A DNA stretch of 64,000 nucleotides from Gammaproteobacteria bacterium (GTDB taxonomy: Bacteria > Pseudomonadota > Gammaproteobacteria > CBDBNL01 > JAAOII01): assembly GCA_965215225.1 (NCBI GenBank), contig OZ244039.1:111771-175770 (forward strand). Direction: 5' to 3'. The position numbers were made by a program, and so were the translations under genes. Of the stretch, positions 56,801 to 64,000 are shown one piece after another. Within the stretch, counting starts at the first letter, position 1; the number at the start of each line of letters is the position of its first letter. The notes beneath the pieces are model-generated. The model made no database searches. It had not been told where the DNA came from and worked only from the letters and a program-made list of their open reading frames with translations.

Positions 56801-59800
56801 CATCAGCATTCGACACATTGTCACCGTCTCTGTCCTCATCGCACAGGTCACCAACAGTATCACCATCAGTATCCAACTGATCAGCATTGGCAATGGCTGG
56901 ACAATTATCACCATTGTCCCCTATGCCATCACCATCACCATCCGACCACTCACTAGCATCCGAAGGAAAAGCATCTAGATCATCTCGCACCAAATCGCCA
57001 TCGCAATCGACTAAGAGATCACAGCCAGTCAGCTCATCAGCATTCGACACATTGTCACCGTCTCTGTCCTCATCGCAGCTATCACCAACTGTATCACCAT
57101 CAATATCCAACTGAGCCGCATTGGCAATGGCCGGACAATTATCACCATTGTCCCCTATGCCATCCCCATCACTATCCGCCCACTCAGTAGCATCCGAAGG
57201 AAAAGCATCTAGATCATCTCGCACCAAATCGCCATCGCAATCGGCTAAGAGATCACAGCCAGTCAGCTCATCAGCATTCGACACATTGTCACCGTCTCTG
57301 TCCTCATCGCACAGGTCACCAATAGTATCACCATCAGTATCCAACTGAGCCGCATTGGCAATGGCCGGACAATTATCGCCATTGTCCCCTATGCCATCCC
57401 CATCATTATCCGCCCACTCACTAGCATCCAAGTCAAATGCATCCACATCATCCCTCACCAAATCGCCATCGCAATCGGCCAGGAGATCGCAGCCAGTCAG
57501 CTCATCAGCATTCGACACATTGTCACCGTCCTTATCCTCATCGCACAGGTCACCAACAGTATCGCCATCAGTATCCAACTGATCAGTATTGGCAAGGGCA
57601 GGACAATTATCACCATTGTCCCCTATGCCATCACCATCACCATCCGACCACTCACTAGCATCCGAAGGAAAAGCATCTAGATCATCTCGCACCAAATCGC
57701 CATCGCAATCGACTAAGAGATCACAGTCGCTCAGCTCATCCCCATTTAGCACATTGTCACCGTCCTTATCCTCATCGCACAGGTCACCATCAGTATCACC
57801 ATCAGTATCCAACTGAGCCGCATTGGCAACCGCCGGACAATTATCGCCATTGTCCCCTATGCCATCACCATCACCATCCGACCACTCACTAGCATCCAAG
57901 ATAAACAGATCCACACCATCGTCATATGAGTCATTATCGCAATCGGCTAGCTGCCCACATCCAGCCAACTCATCACCATCCAACACACTATCCCCATCGC
58001 AATCGGCTAAAAGAACACACCCAGCCAACTCATCACCATCTAACACACTATCATTATCGCAATCGGCTAAGAGCACACAGCCAGGCAACTCATCACCATC
58101 CAATACAGTGTCACCATCGCAATCGGCTAGCCGCTCACAGCCAGCTAATTCATCCTCATTCGGCACATTGTCACCGTCTCTGTCCTCATCGCAGCTATCA
58201 CCAGCACCATCCCCATCTCTATCCAACTGGTCAGCATTGGCAAGGGCCGGACAATTATCAAACAAGTCCAATACCCCATCGTAATCGCAATCCTCAACCA
58301 GACTACACCCTTCCGCCTCATCAATATCCCTCACATTATCATTATCATCATCGCTATCTAGGCTATCTGCCAGCCCATCACCATCTGTATTGACCCCAGT
58401 CCGAACCTCCCCTTCGCCCAAGAGCTCACTGGTGCCATCATCATAAAAAACCCTCAAGGCTATGGCATAATCAGCATCACTACTAAGGGATACCAACTGG
58501 TGCTCCCCTTCCTCAGCCAGATTCAGCCGACCCCCTATATTCGCTATCTCAACCACATCAAACACATTGTTATCCCCTTCGGCATAGCTCAGCTCCATCC
58601 GTTCAATAGAAACACCCGCCCCGCGAACCGGCCTATGCCAACGAACCAAAACACTCTGACTAGCTGGCACCAACGAAAAAGAATCCTCCAGCGGCGGCGC
58701 ACATCTTAACACTGGATAATCATGGCGCGAACCAAAATCCCACAGGCGATTACTATCTACCTTCTCACCTGCTTCTATAGTAAAACTCAAATCAGTATCA
58801 CACCAGATAGTTAGATTCAGATTCACCGAAGGAGACACAGTTGCATTTATCAAAAAGACCTCCTCAATATCAACACCCTCATCCCATTGAGTGTAAATCC
58901 CGCTATAATCGACTTGCCCTTGTAATTCCTCTTGGGTCTTATCAAACTCACCGTCGCCATTGAGCTTCTCAACATAGGAGCTAGAACTGTCCCCTCCTTG
59001 AGGGAGAACCGCATCCAAACCCGTCCCATAAGAAAAATAGACCTTAGACGAATCTCCCCCTCCTATTAAACCAGCCGACCCAGCCGCCGAAGTTACATTT
59101 TTACTCCACACATAAGAAGCTATCACCTTCGCCGAATCACCTTGCCCCACCAAGCCACCACCAGTGTCATCAAAGGAAAGAGAATCTAGCTGTGCCGATG
59201 AAGATAAGACCAGGGATCCATCCCCTTCTCCTATCAAACCACCTATATGATTCCTGCCCTGCACACTTTCAAAATCAGCCGATGAATAGAATACCCAGCT
59301 CCTTGAAGCCCATCCAATCAATCCTCCCACCCTATCGTGGCTAGAGCGAATATGCTGCCCGCTTACGGAAGAAGAATACACCAGCGCGGAATCCCCATCC
59401 CCTAGTAAACCGCCAACTCTATAACGCACATCAGAAAGCGAGTCTATCTCAATCTCAGCAAAACGAACCTGGGCGCGATTTCCTGATCCCATCAAGCCAC
59501 CTACTTCATATGCACTTTGTTTTCCTGCCAGCTTGCCTATACGAACCTGGGCGCGAATCACCTCTGAGCCATCCCCGTCCCCTACTAGACCCCCAACACT
59601 CCAACCGCCACTCTCAATCAAATCCACATCTACCCAGCTATCAGCTATTTGACTCCTCCGCCCATAGCCTATTAAACCACCAAGATTATAGGAACCAACA
59701 ACTGAATCCAATCTCGCATAGGCGCGGGTCACCACTGAATAAGAACTAATCCCCAGCAAACCACCAGTAGATGAACCCCCTCTCACCTGCCCATCAGAAA

Positions 59801-61322
59801 CCGCCACATTATCAACTTGAACATAAGACCCAGCTCCTGCTAGAGAACCAGTAAAGACGCGGCCAGTTATATCCACTTCATTCAAGCGCAAATTCTGCAA
59901 ACGTGAGCCGTCCGCAACCGACCCAAAAAGACCAACAAAATTTTCCTGTGGCCGATTAATGAACAGATTAGTAATCGTCCGATTGTTCCCTTCAAACACG
60001 CCATTAAATTGATGAGACCAGCTGCTGCCCAGAGGAGTCCACCCCTTCTCACCAGTGGTATTCAAAATCAAATCTCTAACCAGCTCATAACCAGCACAGG
60101 TCTCCTCACATCCCGGCTTGTCCCTGCCATGTTCTGGCCGACCAATGTCTTGCCGAATCCCCGCCAGCTCGGCTGCGGTTGCTATCTCAATCAAGCCATC
60201 CCCATCCTCATCCCTATCACACAGATCACCAAATCCATCATTATCCAGATCATCTTGCTCGCTATTTGCAACCAATAAGCAGTTGTCTAAGCCATCTGCT
60301 ATCTGGTCGCCATCGCAATCCGCCAAAAGGGCGCAGCCCGCCAGCTCAGCCGAATCCAAAATACCATCATCATCACAGTCTTCATTCAACACACATTCCA
60401 TCATCTCCTCCATACCATCCACAATCCCATCGTCATCACAGTCCTCATCCAATACACACTGTGCCATCTCATCCACATCAGCCAGCTGGTCATTGTCATC
60501 ATCCTCATCACACACATCCCCCTCACCATCACTGTCATAATTGTTTTGATCGCGGTTAGCATCTAGGACACAATTATCTATGCCATCAGCCACCTCATCA
60601 TTGTCACAATCTGCCAGGGTGCTACAACCAGGTGCCTCATCAACATCCATCACATTGTCATTGTCATCGTCCTCATCACAACTATTCCCCAATGGATCAT
60701 CATCGGTATTGAGTTGGTCTCCATTGGCAATCAGGCGGCAGTTGTCCTCCTCATCCATCACATTGTCATTGTCATCATCTGGATCAACTGCATCTATCAT
60801 GCTATCCTCATCATTATTCGGACCTGTCTGCATCCTCATGGTCCCCATCATCACCATATCATCACCCGCATAGGCTATCCCTACTGAAAAATCATACATG
60901 GTATCTTCCCCCAGACCATCAACCGTATAAGCCGCATCCTCCCCAGCTAAGACAGAAGAACCCCCATCTAAGGCAGAAGGCATTACCTCCATCACAACCC
61001 CTTCTTGCCCCTCATCGCTCTCAGTATCCAGCCTTGAAGCCTGACTAAAAAAAGAACGAACCGCAGCTACAGACCCCTTAGTCTCCCCCACCTCAACATA
61101 GCGAATAAGATAATGGTCTATCTGCTTGCCCTCCTCAACCATCGGATTAGTCCATCTGAGCGTTGCACTTGTCTCGCGCGGTATCATCGAGAAAGGCGCC
61201 TCACTGCTTTCAGTCGGCGAGCTGCTGGTAGTTGTTCCACCACAACCACTCAATAAACTCCCCAATAAGAGCCCCAATAGAACTGCTAAAACTCCCCCTC
61301 GCCTTATACCCCTATACCCCAT
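53802..61322 (-). CDS. Giant surface lipoprotein (2506 aa). Lipobox LLSGCGG, FN3-like domains, TSP3 tract containing ~17 near-identical 78-aa (234-bp) tandem repeats, GLUG repeats, WDFG/YPAL C-domains. Two modules.
   Basis: ORF track. The 234-nt periodicity shows as regularly spaced antisense ORFs at 56653, 56887, 57121, 57355, 57589 and 57823. Repeat unit DGDTVGDLCDEDRDGDNVSNADELTGCDLLADCDGDLVRDDLDAFPSDASEWSDGDGDGIGDNGDNCPALANADQLDT. Confidence 0.7.
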   Translation of the reverse strand: MGYRGIRRGGVLAVLLGLLLGSLLSGCGGTTTSSSPTESSEAPFSMIPRETSATLRWTNPMVEEGKQIDHYLIRYVEVGETKGSVAAVRSFFSQASRLDTESDEGQEGVVMEVMPSALDGGSSVLAGEDAAYTVDGLGEDTMYDFSVGIAYAGDDMVMMGTMRMQTGPNNDEDSMIDAVDPDDDNDNVMDEEDNCRLIANGDQLNTDDDPLGNSCDEDDDNDNVMDVDEAPGCSTLADCDNDEVADGIDNCVLDANRDQNNYDSDGEGDVCDEDDDNDQLADVDEMAQCVLDEDCDDDGIVDGMEEMMECVLNEDCDDDGILDSAELAGCALLADCDGDQIADGLDNCLLVANSEQDDLDNDGFGDLCDRDEDGDGLIEIATAAELAGIRQDIGRPEHGRDKPGCEETCAGYELVRDLILNTTGEKGWTPLGSSWSHQFNGVFEGNNRTITNLFINRPQENFVGLFGSVADGSRLQNLRLNEVDITGRVFTGSLAGAGSYVQVDNVAVSDGQVRGGSSTGGLLGISSYSVVTRAYARLDSVVGSYNLGGLIGYGRRSQIADSWVDVDLIESGGWSVGGLVGDGDGSEVIRAQVRIGKLAGKQSAYEVGGLMGSGNRAQVRFAEIEIDSLSDVRYRVGGLLGDGDSALVYSSSVSGQHIRSSHDRVGGLIGWASRSWVFYSSADFESVQGRNHIGGLIGEGDGSLVLSSSAQLDSLSFDDTGGGLVGQGDSAKVIASYVWSKNVTSAAGSAGLIGGGDSSKVYFSYGTGLDAVLPQGGDSSSSYVEKLNGDGEFDKTQEELQGQVDYSGIYTQWDEGVDIEEVFLINATVSPSVNLNLTIWCDTDLSFTIEAGEKVDSNRLWDFGSRHDYPVLRCAPPLEDSFSLVPASQSVLVRWHRPVRGAGVSIERMELSYAEGDNNVFDVVEIANIGGRLNLAEEGEHQLVSLSSDADYAIALRVFYDDGTSELLGEGEVRTGVNTDGDGLADSLDSDDDNDNVRDIDEAEGCSLVEDCDYDGVLDLFDNCPALANADQLDRDGDGAGDSCDEDRDGDNVPNEDELAGCERLADCDGDTVLDGDELPGCVLLADCDNDSVLDGDELAGCVLLADCDGDSVLDGDELAGCGQLADCDNDSYDDGVDLFILDASEWSDGDGDGIGDNGDNCPAVANAAQLDTDGDTDGDLCDEDKDGDNVLNGDELSDCDLLVDCDGDLVRDDLDAFPSDASEWSDGDGDGIGDNGDNCPALANTDQLDTDGDTVGDLCDEDKDGDNVSNADELTGCDLLADCDGDLVRDDVDAFDLDASEWADNDGDGIGDNGDNCPAIANAAQLDTDGDTIGDLCDEDRDGDNVSNADELTGCDLLADCDGDLVRDDLDAFPSDATEWADSDGDGIGDNGDNCPAIANAAQLDIDGDTVGDSCDEDRDGDNVSNADELTGCDLLVDCDGDLVRDDLDAFPSDASEWSDGDGDGIGDNGDNCPAIANADQLDTDGDTVGDLCDEDRDGDNVSNADELTGCDLLVDCDGDLVRDDLDAFPSDASEWSDGDGDGIGDNGDNCPALANADQLDTDGDTVGDLCDEDRDGDNVLNGDELTGCDLLADCDGDLVRDDVDAFDLDASEWSDNDGDGIGDNGDNCPTVANAEQLDTDGDTVGDSCDEDRDGDNVSNADELVGCDLLADCDGDLVRDDLDAFVLNATEWADSDGDGIGDNGDNCPALANAEQLDTDGDTVGDSCDEDRDGDNVLNGDELTGCDLLADCDGDLVRDDLDAFPSDASEWSDGDSDGIGDNGDNCPTVANANQLDTDGDTVGDRCDEDRDGDNVSNADELVGCDLLADCDGDSVRDDVDLFDLDASEWSDGDGDGIGDNGDNCPVLANPNQLDTDGDTVGDLCDEDRDGDNVSNADELVGCDLLADCDGDLVRDDVDAFVLNASEWSDDDGDGIGDNGDNCPALANADQLDTDGDTVGDSCDEDIDGDNVLNGDELTDCELLADCDDDGLLDGDELSGCGLIADCDGDSVLDGDEPADCILLVDCDNDNVLDGDELPGCGLLADCDSDGIGDSGDNCPAIANEEQLDSDGDSTGDPCDRDSDGNGLVEIRDGTDLVAIGDDDLSSVLDLTGCWLDGEAGCEGYELVADIDMAGVDFWQPLGDGEQPFPFVFEGNDFTIHNLVFAEAEEDYVGLFGSLSGEVRNLYGVNISVTGRDFVGSIAGLVEAGGAIRNVYLDGVSIEGEDKVGGLVGEVVDAEVISAEVHNSVIHSNGSSVGGLAGSGRELATFHWTLATNLRVTGEEDVGGLVGDAYRGYIFSSSSVANNVTALSSSAGGLVGNMFGNAVISSYVEDCRVRAEVEHAGGLVGSSFAVRIASSYARDGHSYAATGSGGLGGSMLGTAIYYSYAADIEVEGNSSTGGIAGVDTGDGSNGVYQNIYLAEEATYQTTEDLQQPTDASGIYADWLTRNNLTGGNFDMSFSFRCDLNRDLLINNDEAVVDNVLWDFGSSGEYPALPCVPLGIEGQR

Positions 61323-61439
61323 AATTTATACCCCTTAATGATTCAAAAGTTAATTTTTACCTCATCATAATAAAGCGCCTAAACAAAAAAGAAAGAGCAA
61401 AAGCAACAGTTTCTCAAATTAATTGAGTTTTTTTCACTG

Positions 61440-62480
61440 CTACCTATTCTCTGCTTTCCACCTCTAGCCTTCTGCTTTCTGCCTCTGCTTTCTGTTTTCT
61501 GTCCTCTGCCGCCAGCCTTCTGCTTTCTGCCTCTGTCCTCTGCTTTCTGTTTTCTGTCCTCTGCCGCCAGCCTTCTGCTTTCTGCCTCTGTCCTCTGCTT
61601 TCTGCCGCCAGCCTTCTGCTTTCTGCCTCTGTCCTCTGCTTTCTGCCGCCAGCCTTCTGCTTTCTGCCTCTGTCCTCTGCTTTCTGTTTTCTGTCCTCTG
61701 CCTTCTGCCTCTGTTTTCTGCTTTCTGCCGCCAGCCTTCTGCCTCTGCTTCTGTCCTCTGTTTTCTGTCCTCTGCCGCCAGCCTTCTGCTTTCTGCCTCT
61801 GTCCTCTGTTTTCTGTCCTCTGCTTTCTGCCTCTGTCCTCTGCTTTCTGTTTTCTGTCCTCTGCCGCCAGCCTTCTGCTTTCTGCCTCTGTCCTCTGCTT
61901 TCCGTTTTCTGCCTTCTGCTTTCTGTTTTCTGCCGCCAGCCTCTGCCTCTGTCCTCTGCTTTCTGCCTCTGTCCTCTGCTTTCTGTTTTCTGTCCTCTGC
62001 CTTCTGCCTCTGTTTTCTGTCCTCTGCCTTCTGCCGCCAGCCTTCTGCTTTCTGCCTTCCCCTTTCTAACTTCCTCTCGCTAACTTCCCCTTGCTAGCTT
62101 CTCCTTTCTAACTTCCCCTTTCCAGCTCCTCCTTTCCAGCTTCCTCTTGCTAGCTTCCCCTTGCTAACTTCTCCTTGCTAGCTTCCTCTTGCTAACTTCC
62201 TCTTGCTAACTTCCTCTTGCTAGCTTCCCCTTGCTAACTTCCCCTTTCCAGCTCCTTCTTTCCAACTTCCCCTTGCTAGCTTCTCCTTTCTAACTTCCCC
62301 TTGCTAGCTCTCTCTTTTCCAACTTCTTCTTGCTAGCTTCTCCTTTCTAACTTCCCCTTTCCAGCTCCTTCTTTCCAACTTCTCCTTGCTAGCTTCTCCT
62401 CTCTAACTTCCCCTTGCTAGCTTTCTCTTTTCCAACTTCTCCTTGCTAGCTTCTCCTTTCTAACTTCCCCTTGCTAGCTT
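61440..62480. repeat. Compound short-repeat tract between two giant genes (5' of 53802-61322): (CTGCYTTCTGYYTCTGTCCT)n variants for ~600 bp, then ~12-bp (cttgctagcttcycc / ctttctaacttcccc)n for ~440 bp.
   Basis: Direct reading of 61440-62040 and 62040-62480. Confidence 0.85.
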
Positions 62481-62611
62481 TCTCATTTGAGAGAAGCTAG
62501 CAAATTCTTCCTTACCATACCCTGATACACCCTTTACAAACCCTCGAAGAATTATCCATCTTTTCCTTAAGCCCTTTTAGATTGAATGGCTTAGAGATTC
62601 TAAGCTAGTTC

Positions 62612-64000
62612 CTATTGGCTCAACGCTTCTTCTAAACGGTCCCTGTCTAGTTCGGGTTTGCCAGTCGCATTCAAGAACCACCAATCACGCCATTCATCAG
62701 GGGCTAGCGGAGTGCAGCGAATGGCGGGATATTCATCCGACTTACCAAAATCCCAGATAAGATTACCAGGGGTTTTTTCACCTATTCCAATGTCCCCACT
62801 ATTATCTCTATCACACCAAACCGCCAATGGCTCATCAATCATTCCATCACCAAATATATCCGTGTCCTTGGTCCAATTGGCATAAATATCTGTATAGCCA
62901 GTTGGACTGCGAAGCTCACTAGTGGTCTTTGGGGCACCAATGTTTTCAACAGGAGGGACACCACTAGTATCACTGTCCCAATAGGAAGCAGCTCCAACAG
63001 TCCCGGTTGCAAGCCCAGCCAGCATATTAGTAGGACTGCCTGAGACTACATAAGAATACGCAAGCTGGCCAGAGAAAGTTCCCACCAGACCGCCTACAAA
63101 ACCCTTTCCTATCACCTCACCCACTACAACCGATGAAGAAACAATCCGAGCCGGAAATGCAAAATTGTCTCGCCCCAACAGACCGGCTACATTAGTACTC
63201 CCGCTCAACTGACCCACCACAACCGAAGAAGAATGAACCTGAGCACTTGGACCCTCCCCTATCAGACCACCTACCTGATTCTTATCCCCACTACTCAGTT
63301 TACTTGCCACAACCGAAGAAGAATGAATCCGTGCCGATTGACCATTCCCCACCAGACCACCTACATTATTATCAGTCCCTCTTACCATACCTGCTATAAC
63401 CGAAGAAGAATGAATCCAAACTGATACACCATCCCCCACCAGACCGCCTACAGCACCAATCCCTCTCACCTCACCTGCCACAACCGAAGAAGAAACAATC
63501 CGAACCTCTTCACCACCACCTACCAGACCGCCTACGAAATTCCCGCCTATCACTACCTCGGCTCGAAGAGTCAAATTGCGAACCTCTGAATCTGCAGCTA
63601 TATATCCAAACAAGCCCACACAATCCTCAGTTGGACGATTAATGCTTAGATCACTAATCGTCCAGCCATTACCTTCAAAAGTCCCATTGAAAACAGCTCC
63701 TTGACATCCAGCATTAACACTATCTGTATCATTCCCTAATGGTTGCCAGCCTTTGCCTCCATCAGCATTCACATAGGTTGCAAGACTTATATCCTTAACC
63801 AGCTCATAGCCAGAACATTCAGTAATGCCACTGGCACCACCACAGCCAGTGTCGTCGAACTCCGCATCTGCCGATAGCTTCCGCCCATTCCCATTTAAAG
63901 CATGCCTCACTGCATCTAATTGCGCCGCTGTTCTTATCTCTATCAACCCATCGCCATCATCATCTATGTCCGCCCCATCCATTACACTATCCCCATCGCA
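62612..64000 (-). CDS. 3' portion of another giant TSP3/GLUG lipoprotein cassette gene. The 5' end lies beyond the window.
   Basis: ...DGDGLIEIRTAAQLDAVRHALNG...GLUG repeats...AVWCDRDNSGDIGIGEKTPGNLIWDFGKSDEYPAIRCTPLAPDEWRDWWFLNATGKPELDRDRLEEALSQ. The frame stays open to nt 64000. Confidence 0.7.
   Translation of the reverse strand, partial: CDGDSVMDGADIDDDGDGLIEIRTAAQLDAVRHALNGNGRKLSADAEFDDTGCGGASGITECSGYELVKDISLATYVNADGGKGWQPLGNDTDSVNAGCQGAVFNGTFEGNGWTISDLSINRPTEDCVGLFGYIAADSEVRNLTLRAEVVIGGNFVGGLVGGGEEVRIVSSSVVAGEVRGIGAVGGLVGDGVSVWIHSSSVIAGMVRGTDNNVGGLVGNGQSARIHSSSVVASKLSSGDKNQVGGLIGEGPSAQVHSSSVVVGQLSGSTNVAGLLGRDNFAFPARIVSSSVVVGEVIGKGFVGGLVGTFSGQLAYSYVVSGSPTNMLAGLATGTVGAASYWDSDTSGVPPVENIGAPKTTSELRSPTGYTDIYANWTKDTDIFGDGMIDEPLAVWCDRDNSGDIGIGEKTPGNLIWDFGKSDEYPAIRCTPLAPDEWRDWWFLNATGKPELDRDRLEEALSQ

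Overview
This 64 kb window looks like chromosomal DNA from a low-GC Gram-negative bacterium. Codon usage and gene content suggest a gammaproteobacterium, possibly an intracellular, Legionellales-like lineage, but I could not establish the organism. Conserved housekeeping genes (argA, adk, tsaB, tRNA-Thr, a ParA-like gene with ccmBCDE, znuA, thrB, polA, mnmA) are interleaved with a large accessory fraction. The accessory content falls into five groups. (1) A family of giant (0.8 to 2.5 k aa) secreted lipoprotein genes, all on the minus strand, built from reusable cassettes: an Ig-like N-domain, thrombospondin type-3 calcium-binding repeats, GLUG-motif repeats and a conserved 'WDFG..YPA..C' C-domain. 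The cassettes are delimited by a conserved junction element that is also amplified into 86-118 bp tandem arrays. (2) A 12 kb paralogous cluster at 30.8-43.1 kb encoding five eukaryote-type (Golgi CHST-like, Sulfotransfer_2) carbohydrate sulfotransferases with C-terminal tail anchors, one decayed sixth copy, two GT92/DUF23-like glycosyltransferases and two DXD glycosyltransferase-like genes. It is riddled with IS30-family insertions and remnants. This is my best candidate for the undescribed system: a glycan synthesis and sulfation locus. (3) Two full IS30-family elements with 3-bp TSDs, each interrupting a gene (a CcrM-like DNA methyltransferase and a GT-like gene), plus at least six half-element remnants. 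(4) A recurring, unusual pattern: tandem amplification of gene 5' ends or gene junctions (polA-mnmA junction, permease 5' end, giant gene 5' end) that creates arrays of decoy start codons and short ORFs. (5) Many short-repeat tracts in promoter regions of surface protein genes, consistent with phase variation. No rRNA, CRISPR array or intact defence system was found.
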